Shown: in pieces, positions 1-9,041 of the stretch | How positions within the stretch are numbered: the first letter of the stretch is position 1 | Layout: the number at the start of each line of letters is the position of its first letter | Assembly: GCA_017458825.1 (NCBI GenBank) | Contig: JAFSZX010000019.1 | Coordinates: forward strand, 4,352 to 68,351 | Source of the DNA: Oscillospiraceae bacterium | GTDB taxonomy: Bacteria > Bacillota > Clostridia > Oscillospirales > Oscillospiraceae | Direction: 5' to 3' | Length of the DNA: 64,000 nt | Notes under the pieces: model-generated | What the model saw: the letters and a program-made list of their open reading frames with translations, nothing else | Told to the model about the DNA's origin: nothing | The model's database searches: none | Program-made: the position numbers and the translations under genes

Positions 1-864
1 GAGCTTGCTGTCGTCCTCCAGACCCAGCGTGGAAAAGATGTAGTTGCCGCCGGCAATACGGATCATCGCCGGAACGTAGCCGTTGGCCTTATAGGTCACC
101 ACACTGCCGCCGGAGCTTACATAAAAGAACGCCACCGTCTTGCCGGTGTCCGCCAGACCGTCCAGCCCGCGGATCTTATCGGCCTCCGCGTTGAAAACCG
201 CCTCCGCTTCCGCTTCCTTGCCCAGCAGCGCGCCGTAGACCTTGATCCACTCGGTGCGACCCAGCGGGTGGCTTTCGTAGCTGGAACGCTCCACCATGGT
301 GGGGATCCCCAGCTCGATCAGCTTTTCCCGCACCTCCGGATTGTGGAGGATCATGGTGGATTCCACCGCCAGAGAGCAGTCCCCGTCCAGCAACATCTCA
401 TAGTCGGGAGCGCTGTACTTGCCCGCGTAGGTGAAGTCGCCGTTTTCCATGGCGCGGACGGCGTTTTCCGTGTACCAGTCCCGCGTGCCCACAAAAGAGA
501 TGGCGTCCAGCGCGTCCATCGCGTCAAACAGCGCCATGGCGGAGGTCGCCGCCAGATAGAGGCGTTCCAGCGGCTGGCGGATCACCACGATATCCTCGTC
601 CAGACCGCCCGGCACCGGTTTCCCTTCCGGCACCACCAACAGCCGCTCGCTGTCAAAAATGTCGATGAGAGTATAGCCGCCCTCATAGTGATAGATGGCG
701 AATTGGTCGGCATAGGAAAGGGGCAGGGTGTCCTGATAGACAAGATCGCCCGCCGCGCCCTCGCCGCCGGAGGCGCCCCTGCCGCCGCAGGCGGTGAGGG
801 ACAGCGCGGTGAGAAGCGCCAAAGCCCACGAGAGGAGGCGGCGCAGTCGGAAGTTACGCCTCAT
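1..864 (-). CDS. ABC transporter substrate-binding lipoprotein (Fe-siderophore/cobalamin, BtuF-like); runs off the window edge
   Basis: Manual translation from ATG 864: MRRNFRLRRLLSWALALLTALSLTAC (lipobox) ... YADQFAIYHYEGGYTLI ... QPLERLYLAATSAM. Lies downstream of a B12 riboswitch. Not in the ORF track because it is truncated. Confidence 0.8.
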   Translation of the reverse strand, partial: MRRNFRLRRLLSWALALLTALSLTACGGRGASGGEGAAGDLVYQDTLPLSYADQFAIYHYEGGYTLIDIFDSERLLVVPEGKPVPGGLDEDIVVIRQPLERLYLAATSAMALFDAMDALDAISFVGTRDWYTENAVRAMENGDFTYAGKYSAPDYEMLLDGDCSLAVESTMILHNPEVREKLIELGIPTMVERSSYESHPLGRTEWIKVYGALLGKEAEAEAVFNAEADKIRGLDGLADTGKTVAFFYVSSGGSVVTYKANGYVPAMIRIAGGNYIFSTLGLEDDSKL

Positions 865-1588
865 CGGATTTGTTCTTCTTGCCGCGCAGCAGCAGGTACG
901 CGCCGCCGCCCAGCACGATCACACCGCCGGCGGCCATGGCGACGATCACCGGAACGGGCAGTGTGCCGGAGGAGGTCTCGCTCTCCGGTACGCCGCCGGT
1001 GGTCAGCACGCCGCCGTCCAAAGCCACGTCGTCCGTTTCCGGCATGAGCATCTCGTCGTCCGTCGTTTCAAGATCGGCCGGCTTTTCATCCTCCTGCGGC
1101 GCGGCGGCCTCCGGCGTGTCGGCATCCTGATCCGGCTGGGAGGAGAAGCTGCCGCCGCTGACGGTGGGAATGGCGGACACGTTCAGGCACAGCGTGTACT
1201 CCACCACGTGTTCCGCGGACATGGCGGTAGTGTTGGTGCTGACCTTCATCACCGCCGGATTTGTTACGGGAACGTGATAAAAAGAGCAGGTTTTGGCGCT
1301 TGCGTCCACTTGGGCGGTATAGCGCACGCCGTTATACTCCATCCACTCCACCGAGGGCGTTTCGCCGTTGGGCTTGCTCATGACAAGATCGGCGTACAGC
1401 ACGCCGCCCTCCACCGTAACGGCGACGGGGGAGTTCCACACGATCCGGCCGGTGCCGCCTTCAAAGGTCAAGGACGCCGTATAGGCGCCGTCTTCATACA
1501 CCGCGTCGGCAAAGACGGCGGGGATGGCGGCCAGCAGCACAAAAAGCGCGGCAAACACCGCTGTACAGGTACGTTTCATCACGTTCAT
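854..1588 (-). CDS. Surface/membrane-anchored protein: signal peptide, ~105-aa beta-rich domain, acidic linker, C-terminal TM plus basic tail
   Basis: ATG 1588 follows GAGGAGG. Domain DGAYTASLTFEGGTGR...TTAMSAEHVVEYTL; C-terminus VIVAMAAGGVIVLGGGAYLLLRGKKNK. Confidence 0.75.
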   Translation of the reverse strand: MNVMKRTCTAVFAALFVLLAAIPAVFADAVYEDGAYTASLTFEGGTGRIVWNSPVAVTVEGGVLYADLVMSKPNGETPSVEWMEYNGVRYTAQVDASAKTCSFYHVPVTNPAVMKVSTNTTAMSAEHVVEYTLCLNVSAIPTVSGGSFSSQPDQDADTPEAAAPQEDEKPADLETTDDEMLMPETDDVALDGGVLTTGGVPESETSSGTLPVPVIVAMAAGGVIVLGGGAYLLLRGKKNKSDEA

Positions 1589-1613
1589 AAAAAATTCCTC
1601 CTCACTATGATAC

Positions 1614-1649
1614 AAAGAAAATACGCCTGCTTCCCGAAAAGCAGACGCT
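1614..1649 (-). terminator. Intrinsic terminator in the riboswitch expression platform
   Basis: Minus strand GCGTCTGCTT-TTCGGG-AAGCAGGCGT-ATTTTCTTT upstream of the RBS. Confidence 0.6.
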
Positions 1650-1722
1650 ATAAACGATCTGCACAGACCTTGTGCAGAAAGCGTTATTGCGGCGTTTGCC
1701 CTTCCCGGAGGCTTGAACCACT

Positions 1723-1897
1723 TTTTCAGCAGGTTTCCTGACTTGCGGATCGCCGCTTACGCCGGCGCCTTCTCGTGCCCGCAGGCACAATGGCAACTTG
1801 CCGACCGCTCCCCGCTCACAGTGACCGGATCGTCCGGGATTTGCACCCGGTTCCCTCTTCCAACGGCGCCCTTATAACGCGCCGAAGCACTGAAAAA
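1723..1897 (-). ncRNA. Cobalamin riboswitch, class I (long form)
   Basis: Minus strand GGGAA-CCGGGTGCAAATCCCGG-...CACTGTGA ... GCCATTG ... GAGAAGGC ... AAGTCAGGAAACCTGC, matching the B12-element core and B12 box. Confidence 0.9.
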
Positions 1898-1911
1898 CAT
1901 TGTCTATGCAC

Positions 1912-1940
1912 ATTATAGCAAGGCGACCCCCGATTTGCAA
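1912..1940 (-). promoter_or_regulatory. Sigma-A promoter for the uptake unit
   Basis: TTGCAA-N17-TATAAT with extended TG. Confidence 0.75.
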
Positions 1941-1978
1941 GGGGGAGTGGGGTGAAAAAGCGAAAAGGGCGTAAATAC

Positions 1979-2008
1979 TTGACAAATATCCGCACACGCG
2001 CCTATAAT
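1979..2008 (+). promoter_or_regulatory. Sigma-A promoter for the cbi operon
   Basis: TTGACA-N18-TATAAT. Confidence 0.8.
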
Positions 2009-2014
2009 CACAGT

Positions 2015-2085
2015 AACAACGTAGTGGGTAAGCAGGGTGCAATTCCCTCGCAAGTGCGTTACCGTGACAGCCGGGTTCCACGTTT
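2015..2085 (+). ncRNA. Short class-II-type cobalamin riboswitch aptamer (AdoCbl-variant-like)
   Basis: CGTAGTGGGTAAG-C-AGGGTGCAATTCCCT-CGCAAGTGCG-TTACCGTGACAGCCGGGTTCCAC: T-loop hairpin and flanks resemble class-II aptamers. Sits directly upstream of cbiD. Confidence 0.7.
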
Positions 2086-2151
2086 TCCATTCCTTTGCGG
2101 ACACCGAAGGAGTTGGCGCATCCGCCCCGCTGGGCGGCGTTTGCGGTACTT

Positions 2152-2184
2152 CCTCCGGCGCGTTCGCGTTCCGGAGGTTTTTTT
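2152..2184 (+). terminator. Terminator/attenuator whose 3' arm contains the cbiD Shine-Dalgarno
   Basis: CCTCCGG-N12-CCGGAGG-TTTTTTT immediately followed by ATG 2185. Confidence 0.8.
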
Positions 2185-3324
2185 ATGGAGTTGATACGAA
2201 GCGTTAACGGCCGTCTGCTCCGTTGTGGCTACACCACCGGCAGTTGTGCCGCGGCGGCGGCGCGGGCGGCAACGGAGCTGTTGCTCACCGGCAAAAGCCC
2301 CCGAAGCGTCTTTCTGACCGCACCGGACGGCACCGCGCTGACACTGGAGGTGCAAAAGGCACACTATACGCCGGAGCGCGCCGTATGCGCCGTGCGGAAA
2401 GACGCCGGCGACGATCCGGACGTGACGGACGGCGTTTTGATCTATGCCGCGGCACAGCGGCAGGATCGGGACGTTACGGTCTGCGGCGGCGAGGGCGTAG
2501 GAGTGGTGACGAAGCCGGGGCTCGACCAGCCGGTGGGCGCCGCCGCCATCAATTCCGCGCCGCGGCGGATGATCCGGGAGAACACGCAGGCGGTATGCGA
2601 CGCCTGCGGTTACACCGGCGGCATACGCATCACCGTGTCCGTGCCGGACGGAGCGGAGTTGGCGCGGCGCACCTTCAATCCCCGAATGGGTATCGAGGGC
2701 GGAATCTCCATTCTGGGCACCTCCGGCATCGTAGAACCCATGAGCACCAGGGCGCTGATCGAAACGGTGAAGCTGGAACTGCGCCAGAAAGCCGCCGCAG
2801 GGAGAACGTATCTCGTGCTTACGCCGGGCAACTACGGCCGCGCTTTTGCCGCCGAGGTATTGGGTATCGAGGAGAAATACTGCGTGAGCTGTGCCAATTT
2901 TATCGGCGACGCCGTGGACGCCGCGGTGGAATCCGGCTTTTCGCAGATCCTGCTGGTGGGACACGTGGGAAAGCTGGTGAAGCTGGGGATCGGCGTGACC
3001 AACACCCATTCCGACGCAGGCGACGGACGGATGGAAACGCTGGCATCATGTGCCGCGCTGTGCGGCGCCGAATCACCGCTGATTCGGGAGATCCTGCATT
3101 GCGCCGCCTGCGACGCGGCGCTGGAGCTGTTGAGGAAAGCAGAGCTTCAAGAGCCGGTGTGCCGCCTGCTGGGACAGAGGATCGACGATACGCTTCGCCG
3201 CCGCGTGCCGGAAGGTGTGGCGATCGGGTACGTGATGTTTACCAATCGCGCCGATCTGGGCGGTACGCTGGCACAGAGTGAAAACGCGGCGGAACTGACG
3301 GAAAAGGGGAGGAGGACGGTATGA
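2185..3324 (+). CDS. cbiD: Cobalt-precorrin-5B C1-methyltransferase
   Basis: LRCGYTTGSCAAAAA, KDAGDDPDVT and TFNPRMGIEGGISILGTSGIVEPMS motifs; start moved to ATG 2185. Confidence 0.95.
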   Translation: MELIRSVNGRLLRCGYTTGSCAAAAARAATELLLTGKSPRSVFLTAPDGTALTLEVQKAHYTPERAVCAVRKDAGDDPDVTDGVLIYAAAQRQDRDVTVCGGEGVGVVTKPGLDQPVGAAAINSAPRRMIRENTQAVCDACGYTGGIRITVSVPDGAELARRTFNPRMGIEGGISILGTSGIVEPMSTRALIETVKLELRQKAAAGRTYLVLTPGNYGRAFAAEVLGIEEKYCVSCANFIGDAVDAAVESGFSQILLVGHVGKLVKLGIGVTNTHSDAGDGRMETLASCAALCGAESPLIREILHCAACDAALELLRKAELQEPVCRLLGQRIDDTLRRRVPEGVAIGYVMFTNRADLGGTLAQSENAAELTEKGRRTV

Positions 3325-4076
3325 TCCATTTTGTGGGCGCCGGAAGCGGCGCGCCTGATCTGATCACACTACGGGGCAAAACGTATCTGGAGCAGGCGGA
3401 CGTGATCATCTACGCCGGCTCACTGGTCAATCCCGCGCTGTTGGCGTATGCCAAGCCGGACTGCCGGATCTATAACAGCGCCGAAATGACGCTTCGGGAA
3501 GTGCTTGCCGTGATGGAACAGGCGGAGGCGGCAGGGCAGACCACCGTGCGGCTCCATACCGGAGATCCGTGCCTTTACGGCGCGATCCGAGAGCAGATGG
3601 ACCGCCTGCAGGCCCGCGGGATCGCCTTCGACGTGTGCCCGGGTGTGTCCAGCTTTTGCGGCGCGGCGGCGGCGCTTCGGGCGGAATATACGCTGCCCGG
3701 CGTGTCCCAGTCGGTGGTCATTACACGCATGGCGGGGCGTACCGCCGTGCCGGAACGGGAGAGCATCCGATCCTTTGCCGCCCACGGCGCCACCATGGTC
3801 ATTTTCTTGAGCACCGGCTTACTGCGGGAGTTGTCCGGCGAGCTGGAGGCGGGCGGTTACAGCGCCGATACGCCTGCCGCCATTGTCTATAAAGCCACGT
3901 GGCCGGAGGAAAAAGTCCTGCGCTGTACGGTGGGGACGCTGTTTGAAACGGCGGAGAAAAACGGTGTTTACAAAACGGCGCTGATCGTGGTGGGACACTG
4001 TCTTGCCGGAGAATACGAATTGTCACGCCTGTATGACGAGAGTTTTTCCACAGAGTTTCGGGAGGCAAAGGTATGA
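3321..4076 (+). CDS. cbiF: Cobalt-precorrin-4 C11-methyltransferase (CbiF/CobM)
   Basis: HFVGAGSGAPDLITLRG, YAGSLVN and RLHTGDPCLYGAIREQ motifs. Confidence 0.95.
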   Translation: MIHFVGAGSGAPDLITLRGKTYLEQADVIIYAGSLVNPALLAYAKPDCRIYNSAEMTLREVLAVMEQAEAAGQTTVRLHTGDPCLYGAIREQMDRLQARGIAFDVCPGVSSFCGAAAALRAEYTLPGVSQSVVITRMAGRTAVPERESIRSFAAHGATMVIFLSTGLLRELSGELEAGGYSADTPAAIVYKATWPEEKVLRCTVGTLFETAEKNGVYKTALIVVGHCLAGEYELSRLYDESFSTEFREAKV

Positions 4077-5065
4077 AAATCGAGGCCGTGGCGTTTACCG
4101 ACGCGGGAATGGCGCTGGGCAGGCGCTTGCAGGCGGCGGAAGAGGATTTGACGCTGTACCGCTGCGGGGGAGGAGCGCTTCGGACATGGACGCAAGACGC
4201 GTTTGCCCGAAGCGACGCGCTGGTATTCATCGGCGCGACGGGGATCGCCGTGCGGGCTGTGGCGCCGCTGATCCGTTCCAAGGCGGAGGATCCCGCCGTG
4301 GTGGTGATAGATGAAAAGGGCGCCTTTGCCGTGCCGATCCTGTCGGGGCATCTGGGCGGCGCCAATGAGCTGGCGCGGCGGTTGGCCGGAGCGGTGGGCG
4401 CTCTGCCGGTCATCACCACCGCCACCGACGTAAACGGACGTTTCGCCGTGGACGAGTGGGCGCGGCGGCAGAAACTGGCGTTGGCGAATCCGGAGCGGAT
4501 CAAGTGGATCTCCGCCCGAATTCTGGCAGGGGAAACCATACGGGTAAAGAGCCTTTATCCCGTCTCCGGCGCCCTGCCGGAGCAGGTGAAGCGATCGGAG
4601 ACGGAGTATGACGTACTCATCAGCCACCGTTCCAGGGGGCGGGCGGAAGCCCTGCGGCTGGTGCCGCGGATCGTTACCGCCGGAATCGGGTGCAAAAAAG
4701 GCACGTCCCCGGAGGCCATCGAGGCGGCGCTCGTCGCGGCGCTGGGGAAAGCCGGATGCCATGAATTGGCGCTATCGGCGGTGGCTACCATCGACCGAAA
4801 GGCGGCGGAGCCGGGGCTCGCGGAGGTCTGCCGGCGCAGGGGCGTACCGCTTGTGTGCTATACCGCCGCGGAGCTGGCGGCGGTGGAGGGGGCGTTTACC
4901 GCCTCGGCGTTTGTGGAAAAGACCACCGGCGTAGATAACGTATGCGAGCGCGCCGCCGTGCGCCAAAGCGGCGGGCGGCTCATCAGCCGCAAAGAGGCCG
5001 GCAACGGCGTTACCGTGGCGCTGGCACTGGGGGAGACCGAGCTATCGTGGGAGGGACAGCTGTGA
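4073..5065 (+). CDS. cbiG: Cobalt-precorrin-5A hydrolase
   Basis: GATGIAVR, DPAVVVIDE, LSGHLGGAN, VITTATD, GIGCKKG and VCERAA motifs. Confidence 0.95.
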   Translation: MKIEAVAFTDAGMALGRRLQAAEEDLTLYRCGGGALRTWTQDAFARSDALVFIGATGIAVRAVAPLIRSKAEDPAVVVIDEKGAFAVPILSGHLGGANELARRLAGAVGALPVITTATDVNGRFAVDEWARRQKLALANPERIKWISARILAGETIRVKSLYPVSGALPEQVKRSETEYDVLISHRSRGRAEALRLVPRIVTAGIGCKKGTSPEAIEAALVAALGKAGCHELALSAVATIDRKAAEPGLAEVCRRRGVPLVCYTAAELAAVEGAFTASAFVEKTTGVDNVCERAAVRQSGGRLISRKEAGNGVTVALALGETELSWEGQL

Positions 5066-5793
5066 ATACCTTATACATAGTGGGCATCGGACCGGGAAAG
5101 CCGGAGGGCATGACCGGCGAGGCCGCCGCCGCGCTGGAACAGGCGGACGTGATCGTGGGATACAGCGGCTATGTGGCGCAGGTGCGCCCCCGATATCCCC
5201 GTAAGGAGTTTGTGGATACGCCCATGCGCCGGGAGACAGAGCGCTGTGCCGCGGCACTGGAGCTGGCGCGATCGGGCCGCGCCGTGGCGCTGGTGTGCAG
5301 CGGCGACAGTACGGTGTACGGTATGGCGGGGCTTATCTATGAACTGCTGGGCGAGAGCGGCGACGTGGAGATTCGGGTGATCCCGGGTGTTACGGCGGCG
5401 CTTAGCGGCGGCGCGTTATTGGGCGCGCCGCTGGGGCACGATTTTGCCGTGATCAGCCTGAGCGACTTGCTGACGCCGTGGGAGAGGATCGAGGGGCGGC
5501 TGCGCTGTGCCGCCGCGGGAGATTTTTGCATCTGCCTTTATAATCCTGCCAGCCATAAGCGGGCGGACTATCTCCAAAAGGCGTGTGATATTCTGCTGGA
5601 AACGCTTTCGCCGGATACGGTGTGCGGTCTGGCGCGCCAGATCGGGCGCGGTGAGGAGTCCCGCCGCGTGCTGACGCTTCGGGAGCTTCGCGACACGCCG
5701 GCGGACATGTTTACCACGGTGTTCGTGGGCAATTCCCAGACCCGCCGGATCGGCGGAAAAATGGTAACGCCGAGGGGGTATCGACTTGACTGA
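5062..5793 (+). CDS. cbiH: Cobalt-precorrin-3 C17-methyltransferase (CbiH/CobJ)
   Basis: GTG start at 5062; VGIGPG, APLGHDFAVISLSDLLTPW and MVTPRGY motifs. Confidence 0.93.
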   Translation: MNTLYIVGIGPGKPEGMTGEAAAALEQADVIVGYSGYVAQVRPRYPRKEFVDTPMRRETERCAAALELARSGRAVALVCSGDSTVYGMAGLIYELLGESGDVEIRVIPGVTAALSGGALLGAPLGHDFAVISLSDLLTPWERIEGRLRCAAAGDFCICLYNPASHKRADYLQKACDILLETLSPDTVCGLARQIGRGEESRRVLTLRELRDTPADMFTTVFVGNSQTRRIGGKMVTPRGYRLD

Positions 5794-6538
5794 TGTGATC
5801 GTATTCGGCGGTACCACCGAGGGCAGAGAACTGGCGGAATGTCTGCAGGAGCGGCGCATATCCGCGCTGGTATGCGTCGCCACGGAGTACGGGACCGCCC
5901 AGCTCCGGCCCGGCGGCACCCTTGGCGTACACACCGGCGGACTGGACGAGGCGGGGATGGCGGCGCTGTTGCGCGCGGAGCGACCCCGGCTGGTGCTGGA
6001 CGCCACCCATCCCTACGCCGACGACGTATCGCGGAAGATCCGCGCCGCCTGCGGCGAGGCAGGCGTACCGTACCATCGGGTACTGCGGCCGTCGGAAACG
6101 GCGGAAGGGTGCGAATTCTTTTCCGATATGGCGGAATTGCTGGCATGGCTTCGGGGACAGAGCGGCGTGATCTTCTCCGCTCTCGGCGCCAAGGAGGCGC
6201 CGGCACTGACCGCTGTGCCGGATTATGAGAACCGGGTCTGGCTCCGGATCCTGCCGGGGGTCAAGGGGCTTTCGGCGTGTCTGGACGCGGGGTTTCCGCC
6301 CCGACATATTATCTGCATGCAGGGACCGTTTTCCCGTGAGATGAACGAGGCGATGTTCCGCGCCGCCGGCGCGGCGATCTTACTGACAAAGGAATCCGGC
6401 GCCGCCGGAGGGTTCGCGGAGAAGGCGGAGGCGGCTCGGCGGTGCGGCATGACCGTGGCGGTACTGCGCCGCCCGCAGGACGACCCGGGCGAGGACGTTG
6501 CGGCGTGGCTTACACGGATCCGGGAGGGACGAATATGA
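5786..6538 (+). CDS. cbiJ: Cobalt-precorrin-6A reductase (CbiJ/CobK)
   Basis: FGGTTEGR, DATHPYA, MQGPFS and TKESG motifs. Confidence 0.95.
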   Translation: MTDVIVFGGTTEGRELAECLQERRISALVCVATEYGTAQLRPGGTLGVHTGGLDEAGMAALLRAERPRLVLDATHPYADDVSRKIRAACGEAGVPYHRVLRPSETAEGCEFFSDMAELLAWLRGQSGVIFSALGAKEAPALTAVPDYENRVWLRILPGVKGLSACLDAGFPPRHIICMQGPFSREMNEAMFRAAGAAILLTKESGAAGGFAEKAEAARRCGMTVAVLRRPQDDPGEDVAAWLTRIREGRI

Positions 6539-7722
6539 AAGAAGTGACCATCATCAGCGCGGGGCTGGGCACTGATACGCTGACTGCCGAAGCGGCCGCG
6601 GCGCTGGAACGGGCGGACGTGCTCTTCGGCGCGCCCCGACTGTTGGCGCCGTATGAGGGCAAGGGGCGGCGCTGTGAGCCGGTCTACACCGCCGGAGAGA
6701 TGGCGCCGGTGCTGGAGGAGTATCCCTCCGGCTCCTTTGCGGTGCTGGTGTCCGGCGACGCGGGGTTTTACAGCGCCGCGGAGCGACTGCGGCGGGAGCT
6801 GAAGGACTGTCAGGTGCGGACGGTCGCCGGTGTTTCCACCGTCAGCGCCTTTGCCGCGCGGCTGGGCCGAACATGGCAGGATTGCGCGCTGGTAAGCTGT
6901 CACGGCAGAGACGGCGCGCTGACGGATACGGTGCGGCGTAACCGGCACACGGTGGCGCTCACCGGCGGCAACGTGAAAGAACTGGCGCGATCGCTTTGTC
7001 AGGCGGGGTTCGGGGATTTGACCGTACACGCGGCGCAATCGCTGGGGCAGCCGGACGAACAGGTATCCCACGGGACGGTGCGGCAGTTGGAAACGGCGGA
7101 CCTGCCGCCTCTGACGACGCTGTGGATCGAAAATCCCGCCGCCGACAGACGGGTCCCCTTTGGCATAGAGGACGGTGCCTTTTCGCGCGGCGACGTGCCC
7201 ATGACCAAATCGGCGGTACGCGCCGTGACCATGAGCCGCCTGGCGATCCGACCCGACGACGTGTGCTGGGACGTGGGCTGCGGCACCGGATCGGTGACGG
7301 TGGAGCTGGGACTTGCGGCGTGGCAGGGTCACGTGTACGCCGTGGACAAAGACGAGAGCGCCGCGGAGCTGACCCGGCGCAACGCGGAAGCGTTCCATCT
7401 GGGCAACGTGACGGTGCGGCGCGCCGACGCGCCGGAGGCGCTTTCCGATCTGCCCGCGCCGGACGCGGTGTTCATCGGCGGAAGCGGCAGTAAGATGGCG
7501 GAGATCTTCGCCGCGGTGTGGGAGAAAAACCCCTGCGCCCGAATCGTCGTCAACGCCATCGCGCTGGAGAGCGCCCAGAGAGCGGTAGAGCTTTTTGAAA
7601 GGCGCGGCATAGAGCCGGAACTCATGCAGTTAGGCGTTTCAACGTGCCGCGTGGCGGGAGGACTGCACATGATGCTTGCGCAGAACCCCGTATATATCAT
7701 CAGCGGAGGCGGAAAAGAATGA
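6535..7722 (+). CDS. cbiET: Bifunctional precorrin-6Y C5,15-methyltransferase/decarboxylase (CbiE-CbiT fusion)
   Basis: SGDAGFYS, SCHGR, VPMTKSAVR, WDVGCGTGSV and DAVFIGGS motifs; ATG 6535. Confidence 0.93.
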   Translation: MKEVTIISAGLGTDTLTAEAAAALERADVLFGAPRLLAPYEGKGRRCEPVYTAGEMAPVLEEYPSGSFAVLVSGDAGFYSAAERLRRELKDCQVRTVAGVSTVSAFAARLGRTWQDCALVSCHGRDGALTDTVRRNRHTVALTGGNVKELARSLCQAGFGDLTVHAAQSLGQPDEQVSHGTVRQLETADLPPLTTLWIENPAADRRVPFGIEDGAFSRGDVPMTKSAVRAVTMSRLAIRPDDVCWDVGCGTGSVTVELGLAAWQGHVYAVDKDESAAELTRRNAEAFHLGNVTVRRADAPEALSDLPAPDAVFIGGSGSKMAEIFAAVWEKNPCARIVVNAIALESAQRAVELFERRGIEPELMQLGVSTCRVAGGLHMMLAQNPVYIISGGGKE

Positions 7723-9041
7723 ACGACCGTGTGCTGATCGCCGGCACCCGTTCCGGGTGCGGTAAGACCACTGTGACCTGCGCCCTCTTGCAGGCGCTCA
7801 AGCGCCGGAACGTGCCGCTCCACGCCTATAAGTGCGGTCCGGACTATATTGATCCCATGTTCCACCGCAAGGTGTTAGGCGTACCGTCGGGCAATCTGGA
7901 CCCGTTTTTTCTCTCCGGCGAGGCGCTGTGCCGCGCGCTGGGGGCGGCACAGGGAAGCGTGGCGGTGATCGAGGGCGTGATGGGCTACTACGACGGCGCG
8001 GGGAGCGCCGGGCGGTACAGCACGTGGGACGTGTCCCAAGCGACGGACACCCCCGCGATATTGGTGGTGGACGTGCGGGGGATGTATACCTCCGCCGCCG
8101 CGGTGATGCAGGGGTTTCGCAACTTCCGGCAGCACAGCGGTTTGCAGGGGGTTATTTTCAACGACGCTTCGCCTGCCCTCTATGGGGGGCTGAAGGAGCT
8201 GGCGGTTTCCGCAGGACTTACGCCGCTGGGGTTTTTGCCCCGCAGCGAGGCGGTCACCCTCAAAAGCCGACATCTGGGACTGTTGACCGCCGGAGAGATC
8301 GACGATTTGACCGGGCGGCTGGAGGCACTGGGCGATCTGGCGGAGCGGTATCTGGATCTGGAGGGCGTTTTGTCGCTGGCATCCGGCGCGTCCGCCCTTC
8401 CGACGCCGGAGAAGCGCCCGGCGCAGACGCCGCAGGTGACCGTTGCCGTGGCGCGGGACGAGGCGTTCTGCTTCCTCTATGAGGAGAATCTGCGGCTTTT
8501 AGAGGCGCTGGGGGCGCGTCTGGTGTTTTTCAGCCCTCTGAACGACCGCCGCTTGCCGCCGGACGCGGGAGGGCTGTATCTGCCAGGCGGCTATCCGGAG
8601 CTGTACGCCGCCCGACTGTCCGCCAATCCGATCCGCGGCGAGATCGCGGACGCGATCGCGGCGGGAATGCCCACGGTGGCGGAGTGCGGCGGATTTCTCT
8701 ACCTGCACGATACGTTGGAGGGCGAGAAAATGGCAGGTGTGATCCATGCCGAGGCGCGGCGCACCGAGCGCCTGTGCCGGTTCGGGTACGCCACATTGCG
8801 GGCACGGAGGGATAACCTCCTGTGCCCGTCGGGAGAGGCGATCCGCGTCCACGAGTTCCACTACTGCGATACCACAGACTACGGCGACGCGTTTACCGCC
8901 CGAAAACCGGACGGCAGAGAGCAGGTATGCGTTCACGCCACGGATACGCTGTGGGCGGGATTTCCCCATCTCTATTTTCCGGCAAACGAGGCGTTTGCCG
9001 AACGGTTTGTGAGAAAGGCGGCCCGGTATGCTCCTTTATGA
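7719..9041 (+). CDS. cbiA: Cobyrinate a,c-diamide synthase (CbiA/CobB)
   Basis: SGCGKTT, KCGPDYIDP, EGVMGYYDG, SRHLGL, AECGG and HEFHY motifs. Confidence 0.95.
   Translation: MNDRVLIAGTRSGCGKTTVTCALLQALKRRNVPLHAYKCGPDYIDPMFHRKVLGVPSGNLDPFFLSGEALCRALGAAQGSVAVIEGVMGYYDGAGSAGRYSTWDVSQATDTPAILVVDVRGMYTSAAAVMQGFRNFRQHSGLQGVIFNDASPALYGGLKELAVSAGLTPLGFLPRSEAVTLKSRHLGLLTAGEIDDLTGRLEALGDLAERYLDLEGVLSLASGASALPTPEKRPAQTPQVTVAVARDEAFCFLYEENLRLLEALGARLVFFSPLNDRRLPPDAGGLYLPGGYPELYAARLSANPIRGEIADAIAAGMPTVAECGGFLYLHDTLEGEKMAGVIHAEARRTERLCRFGYATLRARRDNLLCPSGEAIRVHEFHYCDTTDYGDAFTARKPDGREQVCVHATDTLWAGFPHLYFPANEAFAERFVRKAARYAPL

Noticed and set aside
2095-2184. N-terminal extensions in the ORF track (cbiD; also rpe, moaA, moaC, asnB, glnA)
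   Set aside because: They run through leaders or upstream genes; downstream starts with an RBS fit the family lengths better.
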